The notes beneath the pieces are model-generated. The model saw only the letters and a list, made by a program, of their open reading frames with translations, did no database searches and was not told where the DNA came from. A stretch of DNA of 32,000 bases, from NCBI GenBank assembly GCA_025839675.1, contig CP104013.1:750001-782000 (forward strand). The letters are read 5' to 3'. Positions 1-8,800 of this stretch are shown here, one piece after another. The position numbers and the translations under genes are program-made. This DNA comes from Candidatus Lokiarchaeum ossiferum (lineage in GTDB: Archaea; Asgardarchaeota; Lokiarchaeia; Sigyniarchaeales; Promethearchaeaceae). Numbering within the stretch: the stretch's first letter is position 1; each line of letters starts with the position of its first letter.

Positions 1-612
1 GGACTGACCTGGGGACAATTTTTAGATTCTTTAGATGATGGAACGTGTCAAGTTTTTATGCTCGGATGGGGACCTGATTTCAATGACCCAAGCAATTTTA
101 TAAATCCATTGATGTTTTCAAATTCATCGGACAATCGAGCCCATATAAATGACTCAAAATTAGACACTTATATTATTTCTGGATTAAATGAAATAAACTG
201 GAGTAAACGAGAAGAAATCTATAAAGAATTGCAACATTATATCATAGATTTAGCCCCATGGGCATATTTATATACAAGTAATGCGAGATCGGTCTACTAT
301 ACAGGATGTGTTAATACAGCTCGTAATCCTATGGGAAAATTGTATTTCTATTTGTGGGATTTTGATTATTCCAAAATCAAAGCGGATTTGTTTTCATTTT
401 CCAATATTCTATATTTTATTGGGGGGGTCGGAATTTTGATCGGAACAATAATGTTATTAAAATCGCAAAAAGAATGGCGAGAGAAACAAAGGGAGAAACG
501 GTTACAAAGAAAAGTTCAACAGTTTTTTGCGGAAAAGAATGATGTCAATAAATTCATTGATGATTTAGATGAAAACTTTACGCACTGGGATAAAAATAAG
601 AAGCTTGAATAA
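1..612 (+). CDS. ABC transporter substrate-binding protein, family 5 (oligopeptide/dipeptide/nickel type), 3' fragment; the 5' end lies outside the window
   Basis: Frame 1 is open from nt 1 (GLTWGQFLDSLDDGTCQVFMLGWGPDFNDPSNFINPLMFS...), upstream of the Met at 58 listed in the ORF track. The G-W-x-x-D-x-x-D-P-x-N-F stretch and the following ...RAHINDSKLD...EIYKELQHYIIDLAPWAYLY... resemble the C-terminal lobe of SBP family 5. Stop TAA at 610-612. Confidence 0.8.
   Translation, partial: GLTWGQFLDSLDDGTCQVFMLGWGPDFNDPSNFINPLMFSNSSDNRAHINDSKLDTYIISGLNEINWSKREEIYKELQHYIIDLAPWAYLYTSNARSVYYTGCVNTARNPMGKLYFYLWDFDYSKIKADLFSFSNILYFIGGVGILIGTIMLLKSQKEWREKQREKRLQRKVQQFFAEKNDVNKFIDDLDENFTHWDKNKKLE
406..459 (+). 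other. C-terminal transmembrane anchor of the substrate-binding protein, followed by a ~50-aa highly charged tail
   Basis: Hydrophobic run ILYFIGGVGILIGTIMLL, then KSQKEWREKQREKRLQRKVQQFF... (positive-inside tail). C-terminal anchoring of binding proteins is common in archaea. Confidence 0.6.
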
Positions 613-776
613 TTGAGGAATCCATGTTTGAGAAAATTCACTTCCTTCTGTTAATTAGCTTACTCATTAAAGAGAATAAAAAAAAAATTTTCCCTTGGGG
701 ATAATATCTCCAGAATATCAAAATAACAACTCATTTCAATAAGTAAAGTGATCGTAATTTAATTACACACTGAGTT

Positions 777-837
777 TCACACACTCTACTTTTTTCCCTC
801 AGAAGGAACATCACACACTCCTTCTTTCTTCCCTTCA
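777..837. repeat. Imperfect tandem direct repeat (25 nt and 27 nt, 9-nt spacer) with a CACACAC core, pyrimidine-rich
   Basis: tcacacactctacttttttccctca (777-801), spacer gaaggaaca, then tcacacactccttctttcttcccttca (811-837). A third acacac copy lies at 765-770. The repeat sits in the 340-nt spacer between two convergent genes. Confidence 0.6.
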
Positions 838-945
838 CTTTTGAGATTTTATACATTAATTTAATGCAAGATAATTAAAACCATGTGAAGTAGGTCTTTA
901 ATTCATTGACTAAATCCAGAAATCAACTTTATTGCAAATAAGAAG

Positions 946-951
946 AAAAAA
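946..951 (-). terminator. Oligo-T tract (T6 on the minus strand) 2 nt after the regulator stop codon; candidate archaeal-type terminator
   Basis: Plus-strand aaaaaa at 946-951 lies next to the stop TAG (complement of 954-956). The signal is short and common in AT-rich DNA. Confidence 0.25.
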
Positions 952-953
952 TT

Positions 954-1721
954 CTAATCAAAGACAATTTTTTGACCGGACCGGGGATCAATATAAGGCG
1001 TTTTTTTATCAAAGAAGACATAAACACCTACATCCACCATTTGTCGCTCTTGATCAATTTTTAATACTTCAACCGAGATGCGTCCACCATAAATAGGAGT
1101 AATCGTTGCAGAAATCGCAGCTTCCGTTATCCCCGCAATAATATAATAATGTCCAAATCCATTTTCTTCCACAGGATCACTTGCCACATAACCACCTTCA
1201 AATTCCACAATCGCAGCCAAATGAGTTGCAGGATTTGGAAAACCATCGCTAGTTAAATGTGAAATATAGCGTGATTTTTCCACAGTACTCGCTTCCTTTA
1301 AGAGTTTTAACAAGTATTTAATAACATCATCTAATTGATGAGGTTGTTCCTTCAATCGCAGAATATTAGGTTCGGGAATTTTCAATTTGGGATAAACATA
1401 CCTTCCAATCTTCTTGAAATTTTCTTTTCCTTCAGGTTTATCAATATCCCAAATCCCTCCACCAATTTCCTTTAAACCTTGCAAAATTGCTTGGTATTGA
1501 TAACCAAGAATGGTTTGAGGTTTTAATGGTTCTTTTAACTGCCAGGTTTTATCATTGTTTTTTTGGACTAATCCACTAAGTTGTAGTACTTCGAGGTATC
1601 GATAAACAGAATTACGAGAAACATCAAGTAATTTTTGAAGGGATCCAATCCTTAATCCATCAGGATTACGCTCCAATAAATATAGGATTTTTTCTTTGAT
1701 TTCTTCTCCTTTTTTTGTCAC
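954..1721 (-). CDS. Winged helix-turn-helix transcription regulator (MarR/ArsR/TrmB-like N-terminus) with an uncharacterised ~180-aa C-terminal domain
   Basis: 255-aa ORF with a GTG start (complement of cac at 1719-1721). An SD-like GAGGAG lies about 10 nt upstream. The N-terminus KILYLLERNPDGLRIGSLQKLLDVSRNSVYRYLEVLQLSGLVQK is a typical wHTH recognition-helix and wing pattern. The C-terminal part (…GFGHYYIIAGITEAAISATITPIYGGRISVEVLKIDQERQMVDVGVYVF) loosely resembles V4R-type ligand-binding domains, but that is only a shape-level impression. Confidence 0.8.
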   Translation of the reverse strand: MTKKGEEIKEKILYLLERNPDGLRIGSLQKLLDVSRNSVYRYLEVLQLSGLVQKNNDKTWQLKEPLKPQTILGYQYQAILQGLKEIGGGIWDIDKPEGKENFKKIGRYVYPKLKIPEPNILRLKEQPHQLDDVIKYLLKLLKEASTVEKSRYISHLTSDGFPNPATHLAAIVEFEGGYVASDPVEENGFGHYYIIAGITEAAISATITPIYGGRISVEVLKIDQERQMVDVGVYVFFDKKTPYIDPRSGQKIVFD

Positions 1722-1730
1722 TTACAATAA

Positions 1731-1738
1731 TCTCCTCA
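1731..1738 (-). promoter_or_regulatory. Shine-Dalgarno-like sequence for the regulator
   Basis: The minus strand reads TGAGGAGA, followed by TTATTGTAA and then GTG. Confidence 0.4.
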
Positions 1739-1763
1739 ATAAAGTACTTTAGAAAAAAGAGAC

Positions 1764-1778
1764 AAATATATTTAAAAA
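1764..1778 (-). promoter_or_regulatory. TATA-like box candidate for the regulator promoter
   Basis: The minus strand reads TTTTTAAATATATTT, about 45-55 nt upstream of the GTG. That spacing would give a short leader containing the SD. Many such strings exist in this AT-rich spacer. Confidence 0.25.
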
Positions 1779-1784
1779 TTATGC

Positions 1785-1826
1785 AAAAAAGTTCTAAAAT
1801 TAAGTAAAAAGTTCAAAAAAAAGTTC
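1785..1826. repeat. Three direct copies of A(5-8)GTTC; candidate operator-like elements
   Basis: caaaaaaGTTCt, taaaaaGTTCa and aaaaaaaaGTTCa, with GTTC at 1791, 1811 and 1823. They lie just upstream of the regulator promoter candidate. Confidence 0.4.
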
Positions 1827-2723
1827 AATTTTTAATTAAGAAAATCTTTTTTTTAAGAGAGATAAGAAGGTCTGAAACAGATTTCTCCAAGGGAATTTGT
1901 TTAGAAAATATGAATCCTAAAGACATTCATTATTTTAAATTTGATTCATATAAATAATATAAAAAATATAGAGCTGAAACCCATACTCATTCGAAAACAA
2001 CATGTTACTAATTTGGAAATGATTTCCTTTGATGTTTATACAAAATAATCAATTGATCAGAAATTGGTATAAATTGATTTATAATATTAGGAAAAAATTT
2101 AATTTCCTTTCCTTTCTTCTTGTTAGATGTTGTATTTTGATTTTTACAGATCAGCAATATGGGTTGAAAATTTTTATTAAAATTTCTGAAAAGATATTTT
2201 TTTTGATTCATAAACCTCTTCCAACGCATAAATGAAATCGACTTTAAATATTCCTACAAGCGAAGACTGATTATTTTCTCCAAAATTGATATAAAGAAAT
2301 TAAAAAAATTTTGATATGAAAGCAAAAAAAAAAAAAGGAAAAGTTAAAAACTGGAAAAATCTTCAATGAGTTTTTTCAAGGAGATCAATATCAAATTTCT
2401 CAGAAATCAAATAAATAATAAAGGAATCTGCCAAAATTCTAAATATCATACAAAATATGAAGCAAATCGATTCACTTTAAAATTTCTTAGATCATTTTAA
2501 ATGCAGTTTTTAAATTTAAAATAGTGTCACAATGCTTATAATCTCTCCAAAACCCTTTTATATATTGACACATAACAGTATAGTATATTAAATATCAATT
2601 TGTAATAATCCAAATTAAGGCTGAGATTGTACGCAAATTTTCATCAATGAAGATAGATCTAATCTAGTTGAATTTCTCCAATTTTTTTATAGTCTCTAGA
2701 ATACTTGTTTAAGAAAGAATTGA

Positions 2724-2735
2724 CTTTATATAAAA
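2724..2735 (+). promoter_or_regulatory. TATA-like box candidate upstream of the giant gene
   Basis: ctttatataaaa lies ~110 nt upstream of the ATG at 2843. Other TATA-like strings (for example 2556-2566) are equally possible. Confidence 0.2.
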
Positions 2736-2831
2736 TTGGTTCTACTTGGATAAAATTCCATTGTAGAAAGGTTCCATTAAGAAATGATCAAGTTTGGTTG
2801 AAGATAGATGGGATACTTTCAAAGTTTTCGT

Positions 2832-2836
2832 GAGGT
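2832..2836 (+). promoter_or_regulatory. Shine-Dalgarno-like sequence of the giant gene
   Basis: GAGGT within gtgaGAGGTcgacaaATG, with a 6-nt spacer to the ATG at 2843. Confidence 0.5.
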
Positions 2837-2842
2837 CGACAA

Positions 2843-5800
2843 ATGATGAAAAAAAAAACTCATAACTTGAAATCTGATTTTATTTCTAAGTTTACACATA
2901 AAATTGCCTCATTTGGAGGCATCTGTGCAATATTATTATTGATAATAGTTTCTGCACCTCTTGAAAATCCTACTGCATCAGAATCAGTAGTATATAACCC
3001 TAGTAGTTCTACCTACCAGTATAATTATGGGGAAAGACCTCCAATTATTGCATGGAATATTACATCTTTAAAAATGGGGGATTTTTCCTACCTTATTCGA
3101 AATGAAACATCTGTCCTCCAGACAGGACGACTATCCAAATTAGGAGTTCTTAGATTTCAAACCCCTTCGGTTCCTTGTGGCATCTATAATTATACTTTGG
3201 ATATTTATGAACATGAGAAAATAATTTCTTCTCACACAATTTGGGTCTCAGTTATAAATGATCTTCCAACATTTGAAAATGTAGTATATGAAGACCAATA
3301 TGAATTCGGAAGTAAATTTAACATGATTCAATGGAATTTAATTGATCGATTCATCGATAGAGGTTATTATGAAATTTTTGACGGATTTGGCTCGAAATCA
3401 ACTCGGAAATTGGCTCGATATGATTTAATTTCTCCAAATGCAACAATTAACTACTATTTTCCAGATTTAGAAATTGGTGATCATCTTATTCGATTAGAAT
3501 ATTATGATGGATTAGGCGGGTCAAAAATTTCTCAAATACCGATCTCGATTTTACCTGATTTAGATCCGAGAATTACTGCAAAAATACCTAACGATATTGA
3601 ACAAGGACATAATTTTACTGCCACATATACCCTCAAAGATTATATTTATGGAGATGGAAGTTACAACCTTTATTTAAACGGAACACTCCAAGAACAGGGA
3701 AATTGGAACCAGTCGCTTCATATTACACCCGAAATTAATAGTTCAGACCTTGGGCTAGGCACGACTCAATTAATATTTGAATATACTACCCGTGTGGAAA
3801 ATCGAACAGATCCATTCAATTTGACTTATTTTACTGAAATTTATTACCACAAATCCTTCATCACGATTCATAATAATCTTTGTCCTGAAATATCAGGTGA
3901 AATTGACACCACCAAAGAATCAACTACCTTTGTTTGGACTATTTACGATGCAAAATTTGGACCCTCCGCAAATTATCGAATTACCTACCAAGGAACGGAG
4001 ATGGCGTGGGGAAATATAACAGATATCAACTTGTTCACTGATAAAGAAGGTTGCATAGTAAAGTATGTATTACCACACTATCTCACAGCCAAAACGAATC
4101 TTGGTTTGGAATTAGTGGTTGAAGATGGTTTTGGAAATTCTACATCAAATTACTTGGAAATATTATCAAACTATGAAGAAAAGACACCTATTTATTTATC
4201 TTCCTCAATTAAATTGGATAAACCTCCTTCCGATTCGGGGATACCTCTTTTGATTTTGGCAATTGCCATAGGAGCACTTATTTGTTCTGAAATATGGGGT
4301 AAAATGCAAAAAAAAACCCGACGCTTGGTCATGTCCATTGCTGCCATGGGTTTATTGGGATTTAACTTAGATTTAATCACAGGAAGTGCTTTTTTTGGAG
4401 GAGCTTCTCCCATTTCTTTCTTTGAAATTTCCCCTGGATATTCAGAAGATGCTGCAAGTGGTTGGGACACTAATCAGACCGAATTTACTATCCGAGTATT
4501 CGATACTCTTCACTATGAATTTTATTTGCCCGAAGATGCAATTGTAGAACCAATTATCACAAATGAGTTGGGTTACGATATCCCCATTCCTTCTCAGTTT
4601 TATGAAGCAGGAATGCAATCAGGCGAAATTTATATGGATCCCAAGCGATATATCAATATAACTTCTGGGTTTGAAAATGTGACTGAAATCCAAAACTCTT
4701 TAAATTTCTTACCAAATCATCAATATACAATTACATTAAACACCTATCGTCCAGATGAATTGTACGATGTATTATCGGGATGGTCAGACACCTATACTTT
4801 CACAGTAATGAAAGCCAAAAGTGCCATCACTTTTGAAAAAATAGGCGGATATGATAAAGGATTATCGATGGTCGATTATACTAATGATCCGCTAAATAGT
4901 CGAGTGCTTTATCGTTATGAATGTACATTGAGCAATGCCTTTTCCAATGATGCTTTATATAATGAACTCGTGCATATATATCAATTAAACCACAATTCAG
5001 AATTATATGAATCCCTTGATGAAATCTCCACGAATTTAGAAGGAAAAATCTCCATTGGAGAAACTCGCTATGCAAAGGATATTGACGCAGCCGAATTCTA
5101 TTACCCAGGGAATGAATTCTATGAATCAGATTTGGAACAAGATTCAATTGATGTGAATCATATTCTGAGTCCGTTCGATTATACCCATCCAGAAGAAGAG
5201 TTATTGACCGAAGGAGAATCATCCCATATGTTCGATGATAGCTCCACTTCTACTTCCTATACGGGAGTGAATAAAAAAGTTTCATGGGGGCAAAATATTA
5301 CCGATACTCAAGGATTTTTACTCACGGAGCCCACATTTCAAGCACCTCAGCCTCAGTTTGGAGTAATTCCGAATGTTGGAATGTATGTTGGAACAGTATC
5401 GAACTATTCCGGGAGTTGTATTATAATGTCAAGTAGCATTTATGTATATTCCGATTCCGTTGATTATGCTAACCTCACCCTTCGATTTCAAAATATTTGG
5501 CAACGAAATGGTTTAAGTGATGATCTTTCTGAAGGAAATGTTCAACTCAGGGCTATTTTATTTGATGATCTACTCAATATTCAAGAAATTGTTCCCTTAT
5601 ACGATGGTTTTCTGAAATCCTACCAAACTCAGACAATATCTTTTAATCCCGACAATTTTCAAGAAGTAAGTCAGATCTATATCGGAATTTGGGTGGAGAT
5701 TATCGCCCCAACGTGCCATATTGGATATGATTCCGCCGATGAAGTCTATGTCATTTTCAGTGATTTTGAATTGGATATCCGATACCCACCTGCGATTGGA

Positions 5801-8800
5801 TCCGCAGGTCATCTAACCAACTGGGAGACTTATTATTTAGAAGCGAACACTAAGGGCATGGATGTCTTTGTAGGAGAGCACGATTTGACTTTTACAACCA
5901 CTTCTGGGAGAGCTGATGAAGGTACATTAGGTCAGTTAGCAGCTATCGGTGAGATGAAATTACAAAACCCTATAGATTTTACATCCACGTCAGTGGAGTC
6001 TTCTATCATCCAATTTACCTCGGATGGAGTGATTCGCCAAATGATTTTCGATGGTGATGATGGATCTTCCTCCTATAATTTATATTTGACTCCAGTCTAT
6101 TCCGACGGTAGTCGAGGGTCAGTTATGTCACTCCAATCCGCCACCATTGAATCTAATTCATCCACAATTTCTGTGATTCTGTCATTAAATGACTATATTG
6201 GGGAAGTAATTTCCCATTGGATTTTAACGGGCGAATTTAATATTCCGAGTACTTCTCACGGCCTTCCAGATTTGGTAGAAATCTTTCTTTCTAATCCTCA
6301 AATTCAAGTTAATGGGGTTGCAATTAACCTTGTTGATGTATCAGATCCCGACCCTGTTCCAGATTATTACTTGAGTCGCACAGTTGAACCGATTCCTAGT
6401 GATCCCCCCCAATATTTGCCCGATTCAGAGGGTTTCTTACGGGATCATTGTGTTGCAGGACCATTTTTTGTCACCACTCAAGTTTGGGAAGAATATGAGA
6501 CAATTACAGGCGAATTTATCGATCCTACCCGAGATTATCAACCAGGAGAATTCACTGTTCCGAATACTCCAGCATTACCAAATAGTGACCCAAAATTGTG
6601 GGAATATGTGCATAGTAATAAAATGCACATGAAATATAATTCCTATTATAATATAAACGATTTTTGTGTCGCTTACAGCTCCTTTTATGTATATATTTCT
6701 GAATTTACGCCAAATCTATATATTCGAGGAGGTTCCGATGAATCAAGCCGATATTATTGGGATTCCGAAGAAATATATTATAGTCATGAACGTCGTACCT
6801 TAGACATCAAGACATCAGAAGAAGAACATGATATCATCCATTTAACTAATATAACTCAGGGGTACCACAAAGTGTTGATAATGACAGAGGAATATGACTC
6901 TTTGTGGCGCTATAGAGTGAGATTTTCATTAACGCCAGGATCTGGAGATGCTACATATACACCTGTTCACAATATACATTTTACCCACGAACGCCCTGAA
7001 TCGGATCCTCGTTTTACTTCTATTACAATGGATACTCAAATTCAAAAATCCCCCCGAATCACTCCAAATCGTGATAGTCTGATATTTTCTCCTAACCCGC
7101 AGCGAGTGAAGGAAGGAACCTATGCAGAAATGACAGTAAAATCATTCATCGCTAATGGAACCGCCCTATCAGGAACTCTTTTTAATGGAAGCTTGGCCAT
7201 GAATCTTCAAGGATTTGTTGATTTAGCGGAATGGACCGCCGATTCCGTAGGAGTAAATGCTTCTCTTACTTTTGAATTATTTGCGAAAAACGATTTGGGA
7301 AATTATGTGCGAGAATTTGATACGCTTTTATGGACCGATCTCCTTTCGGATATAACGGCTCTTTCCCTCACCGTTGAAAATATCACGGTCGAGTTAGCTC
7401 CCGTTTTTGCGAATTTTTCCAGCCCCGATAGACTTCTCCAAGAATATTTTATCCGGTTTAAAATGATTATGGTTGCTGAAGATGATGGAACCATTCCTGC
7501 TAATTTAGGTGTGGAAATCAGCAAACTTAGTCTTGTTCTAAATGATCTTGAACCGGTGGCCGATTGGATAAATATTAATGATGGTGAGTTATTATCGGGA
7601 ATCAAAAATCTATCTGTAGTAGGAGTTTCTAGGGATATTGATATGGTTCGATTTTTAGGGTCTTACGATAATGGCCTCACTACTTATCCAATTGGGGAAG
7701 TCTATTATAATCCCGCAACCATGGCTGATTGGGTGTTTACCTATGCTTTCGATACCGACCACCATCCTATTTTTCATAACGATACGGAAAATTTCACACT
7801 CATTGCTGAATTAATGGACGATTATTATTCTGTGGAACTGACAATGATAACAGGATTGAAAATAGACAACACCCCCCCTGATTTACAGATCCGAAATGTA
7901 AATAGCAATGATCTTTTAACTGAACCCGTGTGGATTGAAATTGATACTGAAGCAACGGATATCGAATATATTGATCTTTATTTGGATTCATATAACGATA
8001 CAGAGTTAATCGAATCACAATTACTTACCACCTTGACCGATGGGACCGGTGGATGGTTGTATTATTTAGATCCTTCATTATACCCATCGAGGGAATATAA
8101 TATAAAAGCAGTTGCAACAGATCGCACATTTGAGGAATCTTTACAAGGAAATGCCGAATTAACTAATGTGGAATTTGCTCGAGTATCTCCCTTCTTTATT
8201 GGAACATCGCCTCTAAATGGATCTGAAATTTCTGATAGCGTTACTTTTGAATTTCAAGCATCTACCACCTTAATTAGTCACATTGACATTGCAGTATCGA
8301 CCACTGCTACTCAAGATCTTTCCCAAACGGATTTCATGCCTCAAACAACTTTAAATGGAGATGCGAGTGATCTTTATTCTTATATTTTCGATTCGACCAC
8401 CGTATATGGAGAAGATTGTGAAGCGTGGCATTATCTACAGTTTGATTTTTGGATTGATGCTTACAAAGAGACCTATTACTATTTACTCTTTATTAATAAT
8501 CAACCACCCCTAATTAGCATGGATTTTGAGCCTTCCACAAATTTCCTCGCCCAAACTTATTCTTACGAATTATTAAATAATGTGGTTGATGGCTTATTGA
8601 CTCACGAAATTTTGACGATTTTTAACCAATCCACTCTTCAATTGGATATTGATCATAGTTTTACGGAGGATATTGCCGTTTTGGAATATTATGTCAATGT
8701 TTTTGATCAAACCTACCAAAATCTCAGCGATCCTTTAGCCAATCAATTGAACTATGATATGATTACAACAGATTTACAATTTTCCCCATCTATCGAAGGA

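Noticed and set aside
624-704. 26-codon mini-ORF (MFEKIHFLLLISLLIKENKKKIFPWG) with a GAGGA 4 nt upstream, just after the binding-protein stop.
   Set aside because: The hydrophobic core is too short for a TM helix, the SD spacing is short, and nothing can be tested from the sequence alone. It would only be worth revisiting if ribosome profiling or conservation supports it.
777-837. Whether the 25-27-nt direct repeats are a small CRISPR array.
   Set aside because: There are only two imperfect copies with a 9-nt spacer, no repeat-internal palindrome, and no cas genes in the window.
1874-1912. Imperfect hairpin gaaacagatt-(10-nt loop)-aatttgtttag in the intergenic region as a riboswitch or terminator.
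   Set aside because: The stem is 9 bp, almost entirely A-T and includes a G-U pair. It has no flanking T-tract in the right orientation. Such hairpins are expected by chance in 25% GC DNA.
2008-2235. Two mutually overlapping ORFs in the intergenic region (2008-2229 minus strand, 73 aa; 2029-2235 plus strand, 68 aa).
   Set aside because: They overlap each other on opposite strands in ~25% GC DNA. Their translations are Lys/Asn/Ile/Phe low-complexity strings with no SD-like sequence. They are most likely chance ORFs in a promoter or leader region.
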